From Tubiluchus corallicola (taxonomy: Eukaryota; Animalia; Priapulida): a stretch of 38,902 bases of DNA. Positions within the stretch are counted from its first letter, which is position 1; each line of letters opens with the position of its first letter. The stretch covers positions 1-38,902 of the forward strand of contig JAQGDQ010002433.1 of assembly GCA_030141605.1 (NCBI GenBank), in the 5' to 3' direction. Position numbers and translations under genes: made by a program. Of this stretch, positions 29,754-37,269 are shown in pieces. Under the pieces are notes generated by a model. The model worked only from the letters and a program-made list of their open reading frames with translations. It was not told the DNA's origin and made no database searches.

Positions 29754-31391
29754 TTATTGTGTTTGTATTTGGTTAAATCCATTGACGGCATTTATAACAG
29801 ATTCCAGTATTCTTTCGCCAGCTGCTTCGGCACCATCTGCTATTTCTTTTGTGTTTATGTTTATGCCATCCATAAATTTACCTATGGTTATATTAATGTT
29901 TTTCACCTGCTTTCCTCCTGTGGTTATTGCAGTTGTGCCTTGTGTCACATCTGTGGGAGGAGCGGTTGTTTCTTTTGGAGAAATGGCTCCCTGCATTGCT
30001 TGTGTCATATCTGTGGGAGGAGCGGTTGTTTCTTTTGGAGAAATGGCTCCCTGCATTGCTTGTGTTACATCTGTGGGGGGTGTTATTCCTGCCGCCGCCA
30101 CTGATGGAGCTGTTCCTCCTGCCCCTGCAGCAGAAGGGGTTAAATCGCCTGCTTTGCTTAATTGTTTCTTGCTTTCGCCAATGTAATTGGACGCAAAATT
30201 CTGTCCAAAGGTTTTTCCTGCTTGAGCTCCTGCCTTACCGATAGCTACGATTGGCGTAGTGTCAAGTATCCCTTTACCCAAACTGCTAAATCCCTCCTTT
30301 GCCGCTTCAGCAGCCTCTTTAAATTCACCCTCGAACAATTTGCTAATTGCTGTGCCTAATAACCCAAGCCCTTTTAAAACGTTTTTTATCCCCTCCAGAA
30401 AAGTACCAAACAAAGTAGATGTAAATGTTTTCAATGCTTCCCAAGTGGTAATTATTACAGCCCTAAATCTCGCAAATTTCTGCCATGCAAAAACAACTGC
30501 AGAAGTTAATGCCACTATTGCCGTAATTATCAAACCCCATCCACTGGCCTTCATGGCAACATTTAATAGCCATTGTGCCGCCGTCCAAAGTTTTGTTGCT
30601 ATAGATACGGTATTCGTTGCCACATTTAACAGCCATTGTGCCGCCGTCCAAAATTTTGTTTGTTGGATAATGAACAGCAATGAGTCTCCAGTATCAGATA
30701 ATTCAGTTTGTAGTCCGCTAGTGGCTGATTTTAGCAGAGTCATGCCTGCTGCTAAACTGCCCAGTTGTTTTGCTGCTACATTTTTGGCTGTACTACCGAC
30801 ACTGCCAAATTCTTGAATTAATTCTCTTATGCTATCAGTTCCGCCTTGTACTAAGCCAGTCAGCTTACTCCCTGCAATTTGTCCAAAAATGTCTAACACA
30901 CTTGCCCCAGTATTCCCTGCTTCATTTAAGTCATTAATTGTACCAATAAGTGAATGAATCGTCCCATTGCTTTCTAAATGATTTAATGCGTTTTGTGCGT
31001 CTATAGTTGGTTTTTGTAATTTCGCAAAAGAGGAAGCGAGGGCGGTACCTGCCAAGCTTCCTTGCATCCCAATGTTACCAAATTTCTCTATAAGTGTCAG
31101 CGTATCAGAAATGCTTTGATTTGCTGCTGTAGCGGCTGGTGCTGTTAGATTTAATGACTTGCCTAGCTGCTCTAAATTAACGCTAGCGCTTGTGGTTGTT
31201 AGTGCCAGTTTGTCGTTAAGTTCGGCTGTTTTGTTTGTTTCTAATCTAAAAGCAGCGAGGGTGTTGCTGGTGGCTTTTTGTTGCTTGTCAAATTTAGCAA
31301 CAGAAGTACTTAGTTTATTTATAGAATTTATTAATTTGTCTACACTACTACTTTTACCTTGTACTTCTATGGGTATTTGATACGTTGCCAC
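29754..31391 (-). CDS. Tail tape measure protein (short, 545 aa)
   Basis: GTG start; Ala/Gly-rich helical sequence; G..GS.AGTAL TP901-like segment; TAAQWLLNVA repeats; C-terminal GGKQVKNINITI. Confidence 0.9.
   Translation of the reverse strand: MATYQIPIEVQGKSSSVDKLINSINKLSTSVAKFDKQQKATSNTLAAFRLETNKTAELNDKLALTTTSASVNLEQLGKSLNLTAPAATAANQSISDTLTLIEKFGNIGMQGSLAGTALASSFAKLQKPTIDAQNALNHLESNGTIHSLIGTINDLNEAGNTGASVLDIFGQIAGSKLTGLVQGGTDSIRELIQEFGSVGSTAKNVAAKQLGSLAAGMTLLKSATSGLQTELSDTGDSLLFIIQQTKFWTAAQWLLNVATNTVSIATKLWTAAQWLLNVAMKASGWGLIITAIVALTSAVVFAWQKFARFRAVIITTWEALKTFTSTLFGTFLEGIKNVLKGLGLLGTAISKLFEGEFKEAAEAAKEGFSSLGKGILDTTPIVAIGKAGAQAGKTFGQNFASNYIGESKKQLSKAGDLTPSAAGAGGTAPSVAAAGITPPTDVTQAMQGAISPKETTAPPTDMTQAMQGAISPKETTAPPTDVTQGTTAITTGGKQVKNINITIGKFMDGININTKEIADGAEAAGERILESVINAVNGFNQIQTQ
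29939..30080 (-). repeat. About 2.3 copies of a 60-bp in-frame repeat (PPTD[VM]TQAMQGAISPKETTA) in the tape measure gene
   Basis: 29941-30000 and 30001-30060 differ at one base; partial third copy. Confidence 0.92.
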
Positions 31392-31566
31392 CGCCTGCTT
31401 CTTTTTTTCTTATGTCAATTAAATTTTTAAAATTCATTACCCACTCTTCGTTGCTCATTTCCCTTAATTCGTTACGAGAAATGCCTAAATAGTACATTAA
31501 CATTGTGTTAATGTATCCGATATAATTGCTATTAACTCCTCCATTGCAGGAGTTTATAACTTTTTT
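31354..31566 (-). CDS. -1 frameshift extension of the tail assembly chaperone (gpGT-like)
   Basis: Slippery A AAA AAG at 31566-31560. The -1 frame stays open: VINSCNGGVNSNYIGYINTMLMYYLGISRNELREMSNEEWVMNFKNLIDIRKKEAGGGNVSNTHRSTR*. Confidence 0.75.
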   Translation of the reverse strand, partial: KKVINSCNGGVNSNYIGYINTMLMYYLGISRNELREMSNEEWVMNFKNLIDIRKKEAGGGNVSNTHRSTR

Positions 31567-31853
31567 ATCTCTGCATTTCCTATTTTGAGGATTTTATCCA
31601 ATGTTGCAATAGTGCTTATTTGCATCTCCCATTTTGTTTTGAATTGCTCATCGCCCGCCACAAAGCAATTGTTTATAATAGTTGATGCGTAGTCAAGGGT
31701 TTTATTTTGTGACATATACATGAGTGCCATGTTTACAGTCTCTCTATCTGGTGCTTTCAGATAACATTTCTTTTGTTCACCTTCAAACGTTATTGTTATT
31801 TCGTAAACGTCTTTGTATTTTTTTTTTAGCTCTTCAATATTGGCTTTGCTCAT
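31554..31853 (-). CDS. Tail assembly chaperone (gpG-like)
   Basis: I.ELKKKY, CYLK.PDR and NCFV.GDE motifs; ends EIKKL; precedes the tape measure gene. Confidence 0.8.
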   Translation of the reverse strand: MSKANIEELKKKYKDVYEITITFEGEQKKCYLKAPDRETVNMALMYMSQNKTLDYASTIINNCFVAGDEQFKTKWEMQISTIATLDKILKIGNAEIKKL

Positions 31854-31890
31854 TTTATTAGTTTTTAATTATATGTTTTATAATAAAATA

Positions 31891-32079
31891 TTAATTCTGA
31901 TCTTTGATATCTTGTTTATTATTGAACTCTCCTTTGTTATTTTTGCCTTTTATTTTTTGCTTTTTCACTTCTTGAACAAAAGTGGGCTTGTCTAAAAATT
32001 TAGCATAAAACCATGTCCCACTACCAAATCCAATGACAAACCCTAAAAGGATATGGATAATATATTTTTTGATTCCCAT
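31891..32079 (-). CDS. Small N-terminally anchored Lys-rich protein (possible i-spanin or lysis accessory)
   Basis: Start re-called at ATG 32079 (MGIKKY); one hydrophobic helix then a charged tail; last gene of the lysis cassette. Confidence 0.5.
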   Translation of the reverse strand: MGIKKYIIHILLGFVIGFGSGTWFYAKFLDKPTFVQEVKKQKIKGKNNKGEFNNKQDIKDQN

Positions 32080-32081
32080 AG

Positions 32082-32300
32082 CTATGAGTTTTTTCTTTCT
32101 ACTCTTTTTTCTTGCACAGCAACTCCCCACAACATGACTGCCAATCCTTGTAATATTGAAAGAAAAGCTATGTCATTGGTTTGTAATCCATCTCCAATAA
32201 ACATTCGCACCAGACCTACTAACAAAACTATATATGTGATGATATTGGCTGCTAACAGCTTTCCATTATATCGTCCGTTATTTTTTATCATATCTTTCAT
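32082..32300 (-). CDS. Putative holin (two transmembrane helices)
   Basis: 72 aa; two hydrophobic segments; charged C-terminus; start overlaps the amidase stop. Confidence 0.6.
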   Translation of the reverse strand: MKDMIKNNGRYNGKLLAANIITYIVLLVGLVRMFIGDGLQTNDIAFLSILQGLAVMLWGVAVQEKRVERKNS

Positions 32301-32683
32301 AATGCTTCTTTTACATTAAAACAAGGGCATTTTTTATTTGCAAACTCACAATGTCCATGTGTTGTTGCACGAGGGTATTTATACTGTAGCTCGCCTACTA
32401 AGTCTTTCAATGCCACTTTCTGCTCTGGTGTTCGGTTGTCCTCTCCGTCTTTTCCTCCTACCCAGCAGACACCTATACTCCCTTTATTTTTGCCCATGCA
32501 GTGGGCTCCAACCTCTTTATCCTCCCGTCCTTTTTCTATTTCTCCATTGCGTTTTATTACATAGTGATAACCTATTTTTTCCCACCCCTTTTGTTTATGC
32601 CAGCTATCTATTTCTTTTGCTCCAATATCCATACCCGTAGGTGTGTCAGAACAGTGAATTATTAGTTTAGTTATCTTTCTCAT
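32297..32683 (-). CDS. Endolysin, N-acetylmuramoyl-L-alanine amidase (T7 lysozyme-like)
   Basis: IIHCS, GW..IGYH, GAH, SIGVC.VGG, GH and K.CP motifs; start re-called at ATG 32683. Confidence 0.92.
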   Translation of the reverse strand: MRKITKLIIHCSDTPTGMDIGAKEIDSWHKQKGWEKIGYHYVIKRNGEIEKGREDKEVGAHCMGKNKGSIGVCWVGGKDGEDNRTPEQKVALKDLVGELQYKYPRATTHGHCEFANKKCPCFNVKEAL

Positions 32684-32688
32684 TTTCT

Positions 32689-32943
32689 TTATAACGCTCG
32701 CACAAAAAAGTATACGATCATTGCGGAAACAACACTGCATATTATTGCCGTAACTCCACCCCATATCATGGCTTGATTTTTCATTTTTGTCTCTAATATC
32801 GCCACCTTGACTTTTTGTTCTTCATGCTCTTTCAAAAGCGTTTCTACTTTTGCTTGAATGTCTTTAAAGGAGTAGAAAAGTTTTAGTAATAATTCTTTTT
32901 GAGTTAATTTATCCGGTTGGATATATTGCTCCTTATTGCTCAT
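32689..32943 (-). CDS. Coiled-coil protein with a C-terminal transmembrane helix (holin/XhlA-like)
   Basis: Heptad-rich region then hydrophobic MIWGGVTAIICSVVSAMIVYFFV; directly upstream of the endolysin. Confidence 0.55.
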   Translation of the reverse strand: MSNKEQYIQPDKLTQKELLLKLFYSFKDIQAKVETLLKEHEEQKVKVAILETKMKNQAMIWGGVTAIICSVVSAMIVYFFVRAL

Positions 32944-32948
32944 TCTCT

Positions 32949-33374
32949 CTATACATTATACTTTATGTTCAATGCCACAAATGGCAATTCTATTTGCGAA
33001 TTCAAATCACCTTGAGACATTGCAGTGTCAAATTCAGTTACTTGTACGTTTTCAATGTTATCTCTGGTTATTTTGGGGTTCGTCACATCTCCACTATATG
33101 ACACTGAAATGTTAAATGTTATCTCTGTCAGGTCTTTTGCCCCTACCTCTCTTGCGGCTTTATTAAGAGCTATCACTTCACTTTGTAGCAATGTAATAGA
33201 CCCTTCGTAAGCTTTATTGCCATTTTGAATCGCCAACGGAGCGCTACCTCTGCCATAGAGGGGTTCGTGTACTCGGGAGGTTCTGTAACTTATTCCTATA
33301 AACCCGACTAATGGACGTCCCAAAATACTAATTTCTATGTTTTCCCAAGCATATTGCTTTGCGTTTACTGCCAT
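32949..33374 (-). CDS. Contractile tail tube protein
   Basis: N.KQYAW, YGRG..P..IQ.GN..YEGSITLLQSE and QGD...IELPF motifs; follows the sheath gene. Confidence 0.85.
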   Translation of the reverse strand: MAVNAKQYAWENIEISILGRPLVGFIGISYRTSRVHEPLYGRGSAPLAIQNGNKAYEGSITLLQSEVIALNKAAREVGAKDLTEITFNISVSYSGDVTNPKITRDNIENVQVTEFDTAMSQGDLNSQIELPFVALNIKYNV

Positions 33375-33379
33375 GTTAA

Positions 33380-34573
33380 CTAATTTAATGCAGGGTTCAC
33401 AAACCCTATTTCTACAATTATTTTTTTTGCATAACCTACAGGTGTAATCTCTAATATTATCTTTATTTCACCTGTAGATAAAATGTTTTGTTCAGGGTCT
33501 ATAAATGCACTTACACTGCTTATTTCCCCCCCGCTTGTCATTTGCTGGTCTATTACTGTTTCAATATTTGTCTGTAAGTTGCCAGCAATTGAAGGTAATA
33601 TGTTGCCATTTTCTGTTACACCTATTTCATCCAATAACTCATTTACATAAGTAATGTACGTAAGTAAATATGCCTTATCTATTACCCTACCATTCGCCAA
33701 AGTTTTGTAATCGTCAGTATCAGCAGTTGCCATTGGGTCGTCAGAAAGGAAGTATCCTGCGCGTCCTTGATAGAAACGCAATAACATATATCCTTTGTCA
33801 TGAACAGCATCCAGTTGCAATTCTTGGCCTTCTACTGTCACGCCGTTAGATAAATAAGCGTCTGTTATTGGAAGAGACCCGTCTTTTACCCTTCCTACAT
33901 TTCTTTGCACTGGAATATTTGATATTTTGCCTAATAATAGGCCAACGGAAGAGCTGCCGTCCGTTAATGTACTACCTATAAATATTGCACTTCGGTTTTT
34001 ATCATCGGTTTTTAGGTCTGTTAAGTCGCCAGGTGTTCCTGTATAACTTCTACCCTCTAAAATTATTCTAAATGGCTTATACCTATCATTATATGTTTCG
34101 GCTAATATCTGCCCTGTAATTAAGGCGTCAAAAGCCTCCTGGTCAATTCCATTCGTTACATCTGGAGTATAACCTACATCTGGAGAGCGTGTAACTCCTA
34201 ACACTTTGACTCTACCATTAGCGGCGTCTAATAGATTTACAGCATAATTTCCCTCGTTAATATCAACGAGACTATCCATTGCAATGGTTTGGGATGTTAC
34301 TAATATCCACAATTCTGCTCCTGTTCCTGCAGCATCATAAAACTCTTTCAAATGCCTGTATACGTTTACAGAGTTGGCTATATCGTAATTCTCGTCTATT
34401 TTCAATTCATCAACAGCTTGTTTTAAGGAAAATATTTGGTACGGTGTGTTCAACTCCACGCCACTAGCAACTGCCACACCTTGGAGTATCAAACCCATTA
34501 TTCCATCATCCACCGAAGGCGTACTACCGAGGCCTCCCTGTTGTAATTGTATGTCTATTTTTGGTAATGGCAT
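33380..34573 (-). CDS. Contractile tail sheath protein (DUF2586-like)
   Basis: EFY..AG.G.ELW, PVQRNVGRVKDG, LHDKGY-like, RVIDKA and P.GYA..I.V.IGF motifs; 397 aa. Confidence 0.88.
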   Translation of the reverse strand: MPLPKIDIQLQQGGLGSTPSVDDGIMGLILQGVAVASGVELNTPYQIFSLKQAVDELKIDENYDIANSVNVYRHLKEFYDAAGTGAELWILVTSQTIAMDSLVDINEGNYAVNLLDAANGRVKVLGVTRSPDVGYTPDVTNGIDQEAFDALITGQILAETYNDRYKPFRIILEGRSYTGTPGDLTDLKTDDKNRSAIFIGSTLTDGSSSVGLLLGKISNIPVQRNVGRVKDGSLPITDAYLSNGVTVEGQELQLDAVHDKGYMLLRFYQGRAGYFLSDDPMATADTDDYKTLANGRVIDKAYLLTYITYVNELLDEIGVTENGNILPSIAGNLQTNIETVIDQQMTSGGEISSVSAFIDPEQNILSTGEIKIILEITPVGYAKKIIVEIGFVNPALN

Positions 34574-34576
34574 AGT

Positions 34577-34957
34577 TTATCTTTTTTTGTTTTTTTGTGA
34601 AATTTTTCGATTATCTGCCGAAGGTTCTTTTCCCTCTGTGGTGTCGTTGTCTTTCTGTTCTTGTCCTTTTTTTGTCACAGCCTGTGCTTCTACTACTTCT
34701 TTTGTTTTTGCCTCTGCTTTTTTCTTTTCCTTTTCTCTTTTCTCTTTTTCTCTTTTTTGCTGTTCCTTGTGTGCCAGTTTTTCTGCTTCTGTTTTGGTTA
34801 TTATTTGCACCTTACCTTTCCCATCTGGTTTTGCTTTTCTATTTAGCGAAACTTGATGCTCATTTGCCAACAACTCCTTTCCAAAAGGAGTCCCATCAGT
34901 TGTAATGTATATCTCCTTGAAATTTGGATTCGCTTTAAATATTTTGTTGTAATTCAT
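34577..34957 (-). CDS. Small phage structural-region protein with a Lys/Glu-rich tail
   Basis: IF..NP...EIY.T.DG.PF...A..H domain; first intact gene of the leftward operon, between the capsid scrap and the sheath. Confidence 0.6.
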   Translation of the reverse strand: MNYNKIFKANPNFKEIYITTDGTPFGKELLANEHQVSLNRKAKPDGKGKVQIITKTEAEKLAHKEQQKREKEKREKEKKKAEAKTKEVVEAQAVTKKGQEQKDNDTTEGKEPSADNRKISQKNKKR

Positions 34958-34975
34958 TTCTTATTTTGTTTGTTT

Positions 34976-35059
34976 TTATATATCGCTTACAATTGATCCT
35001 ATATACTTATTCCTTTTTGGTAAAGCTATAAAACGGTGTTGAAGTCCTATTGTATCCTT
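34976..35059 (-). pseudogene. Probable C-terminal remnant of a major capsid protein
   Basis: Start-less frame KDTIGLQHRFIALPKRNKYIGSIVSDI*, resembling from recall the G.RH.FIALP....IGAI.S ends of Bacteroidota prophage capsids; expected position. Confidence 0.55.
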
Positions 35060-35124
35060 ATTAGAAATGTTTGTTTCACGCCTCCAAAAGTTTTAAAACA
35101 AAGGAATGAAAGCTAAAAGACAAC

Positions 35125-35161
35125 TGCAAAAAGAGTTGCAATCCTTGCAACTCTTTTTGCA
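35125..35161. promoter_or_regulatory. Perfect 17-bp inverted repeat in the divergent control region
   Basis: TGCAAAAAGAGTTGCAA-TCC-TTGCAACTCTTTTTGCA; near-consensus -7 boxes on each side (AACTTTTG on - at 35085-35092, TTCATTTG on + at 35180-35187). Confidence 0.7.
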
Positions 35162-35191
35162 AAAAAGTTAGTAGACACGTTCATTTGTAGC

Positions 35192-35290
35192 ATGAAAAGA
35201 GAAGATAAAAAGGGGCTTGGCAAAGCGCTCTTTTTACAAACGAATTACAGCCGAAAAAAATATCAGGACGATTAGGTGTGCCTCTTGAGA
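35192..35290 (+). pseudogene. Probable N-terminal remnant of a small terminase / HTH protein
   Basis: MKREDKKGLGKALFLQTNYSRK, then across an A7 run ISGRLGV: an HTH start that breaks off. Confidence 0.55.
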
Positions 35291-35334
35291 GCGGTTATGC
35301 ACTTGAAAAGTACAACCGCTCTAAGCCGACAAGT

Positions 35335-35497
35335 AAAGATAAAACAGTTGAAATCTATTGAGCCTAGTTTGCCGACACACAATGAGGATCCTGATGCAAT
35401 AGAGGGTACTGTTTGGGTGATAAACAGTAAATTGCACCAATACAACAAAAACCAACTTACGACTGGAAGAATGAAAGGCCATACAAAGCGGTTTTAA
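35335..35497 (+). pseudogene. Probable C-terminal remnant of the large terminase
   Basis: QLKSIEPSLPTHNEDPDAIEGTVWVIN resembles a degenerate HDD.PDA.EG nuclease motif; no upstream ATPase domain. Confidence 0.6.
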
Positions 35498-35626
35498 GGA
35501 ATGAAAAAACAAAAGTAGCAATAGAGTGCATGAAAAACAAAATAGGCAAAATTAAACAGCTTTAAACAGGTTTTAAACAGCGTGTTGAGTGCCTTGTATG
35601 GTAAGCAAAACTAAAACAGTAAAAAT

Positions 35627-35740
35627 ATGAAATTAAAAGCAATTAATGACGTGGTTTCTTCTTCTGTAAGCGGTGGCGACGCAACAGCAGCAAATCAAAC
35701 CACGCAAATTAATATGACTTTTGAAATACAATACTTATAA
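35627..35740 (+). CDS. 37-aa ORF, probably a deletion chimera of phage genes
   Basis: MKLKAINDVVSSSVSGGDATAANQTTQINMTFEIQYL*; stop lies 2 nt before baseplate J. Confidence 0.4.
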   Translation: MKLKAINDVVSSSVSGGDATAANQTTQINMTFEIQYL

Positions 35741-35742
35741 TT

Positions 35743-36558
35743 ATGAGAACCTTTGAAGAAATTAGAGATGAAATATTAGATAATGTGGAAACAAACTTTC
35801 CATCGTTTGATAGAAATACCGCAAGCAAAACCGCTATCTGGCTACTTTGGGTAAATATAACCGCAATGGCAATATATGTTTTTGAGCAGATTTTTTATAA
35901 GGAGAGAGAGGGTTTGTTGTCGGTATTTGAAGAGAATAAATATGGTACGTTGACATGGTACAGGCAAATTGTTCTCGCGTTTCAGTTTGGCTACGAATTG
36001 GAAGAACAAGAGGATCGAACATTTCAATATCCAACAATTGACGAGGAGGCAAAAATTATCGCACAAGCAGCAATAGTGGAAAATACAGTAACAAGCCTAC
36101 TTACTATAAAAGTGGCAAAAGAGAGCGGAGGAACATTAGCACCACTTGAAAATGAAGAACTTGAAGCTTTCACACAATATATACAATTGGTAAAAGTTGC
36201 TGGTACGTTGTTAAACATTATCAGCTTTCCGCCAGATGTGTTTAATGTAGTTGCAGAGGTGGATTATGACCCACAAGTAACGGAGGAGGTAACAATAGAG
36301 AATATTAAGGCTTCATTGGAGAGTTATCAATTTAATTTCACATTCAACGGTGTCATTAATCGTAACGACGTAATAGATGTATTGCAAGCAACGACAGGCG
36401 TCAAGGATGTGAAAATAACTACATTGGATGTAACGCCTGATGGAGGTGGCACTTTGGCAATAGACAAGGAGGAACTAACGGAGGCGGGCTATTTTGTCTA
36501 CGATGGAGGAGTGCAGGCGATAGTCGATGCATTTACTTATATTCCTAAAACGACATAA
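35743..36558 (+). CDS. Baseplate wedge protein (gpJ-like)
   Basis: MRT.EEI, SKTAIW.LW, GTL.WY....LAFQ.G, IKVAK and VKVAGT...IIS..PD motifs. Confidence 0.8.
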   Translation: MRTFEEIRDEILDNVETNFPSFDRNTASKTAIWLLWVNITAMAIYVFEQIFYKEREGLLSVFEENKYGTLTWYRQIVLAFQFGYELEEQEDRTFQYPTIDEEAKIIAQAAIVENTVTSLLTIKVAKESGGTLAPLENEELEAFTQYIQLVKVAGTLLNIISFPPDVFNVVAEVDYDPQVTEEVTIENIKASLESYQFNFTFNGVINRNDVIDVLQATTGVKDVKITTLDVTPDGGGTLAIDKEELTEAGYFVYDGGVQAIVDAFTYIPKTT

Positions 36559-36561
36559 AAG

Positions 36562-37083
36562 ATGAATTTTTTAGGGTTTGACATAAACAAATTTATAGCG
36601 CAATATTTGGGAGCGTTATTTAACAAAGACAAACAAAGAGGTTGGATAGAGTCCCTTTTGTCGCCATTGGTAACCTTGTGGGGGGAGTATGTCGTTGATA
36701 GGCAGAACATATTAGAGATTGCCAATATAAAGCCTTCTAAAATAAGTCTTGAAAGGCATTTGAACAAATTATATGATGCAACATTAGAGAGGATATTTCT
36801 TACAGAGAAAAAGGATTTGATATTTTTTGTTTTTACAGAGGGAGAGGCTCAACCTGCGATTTATATATATTTTGAGGTGGAGGCAATGACTCCGTTTTAC
36901 TCGTTTTTGGAAGGAGAAAATACGGTGGTATCGATAAACTTTTTTATAGTAGTGATACCCGATGACTTGGCAGTTGCCACGCCAGAGATAAAAGAGACAG
37001 TAAGGGCGGAGGTGCAAAAATATAAATCAGGAGGATTCTTCTTTGAAATTTTGTTTGATAGTGAATTTGCAACAATAACATAA
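36562..37083 (+). CDS. Baseplate wedge protein (gpI-like)
   Basis: W..SLL.P, SLE..LN..YD....RI, F.VVIP and V.KYK..G..F.I motifs; follows the J-like gene. Confidence 0.7.
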   Translation: MNFLGFDINKFIAQYLGALFNKDKQRGWIESLLSPLVTLWGEYVVDRQNILEIANIKPSKISLERHLNKLYDATLERIFLTEKKDLIFFVFTEGEAQPAIYIYFEVEAMTPFYSFLEGENTVVSINFFIVVIPDDLAVATPEIKETVRAEVQKYKSGGFFFEILFDSEFATIT

Positions 37084-37087
37084 AACC

Positions 37088-37258
37088 ATGAATATAAACC
37101 AACAGTGCCCTAATTGTAGAGAAACAGATATAAAAATAACCACGCTTGCAGAGCAAGAGTATTATGGGTGTAGAGCGTGTGGCATGGCTTACAAGTTAAT
37201 TATGGGCTTGCCTTATACAAAGAGAAAAAATAGAAAGAGAGCTTTATATAACGATTAA
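37088..37258 (+). CDS. Unannotated 56-aa zinc-ribbon protein
   Basis: Hand-translated MNINQQCPNCRETDIKITTLAEQEYYGCRACGMAYKLIMGLPYTKRKNRKRALYND*; CxxC-x17-CxxC plus a basic tail; fills the gap with 4-nt and 11-nt spacings. Confidence 0.7.
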   Translation: MNINQQCPNCRETDIKITTLAEQEYYGCRACGMAYKLIMGLPYTKRKNRKRALYND

Positions 37259-37269
37259 AAAATAATATT

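Noticed and set aside
32684-32764. N-terminal extension of the amidase in the ORF track (155 aa)
   Set aside because: It overlaps the upstream gene; the amidase domain starts at MRKITKLIIHC (ATG 32683)
35552-35580. Three TTAAACAG direct repeats at 10-11 bp spacing
   Set aside because: Real but short and AT-rich; no function can be assigned from sequence alone
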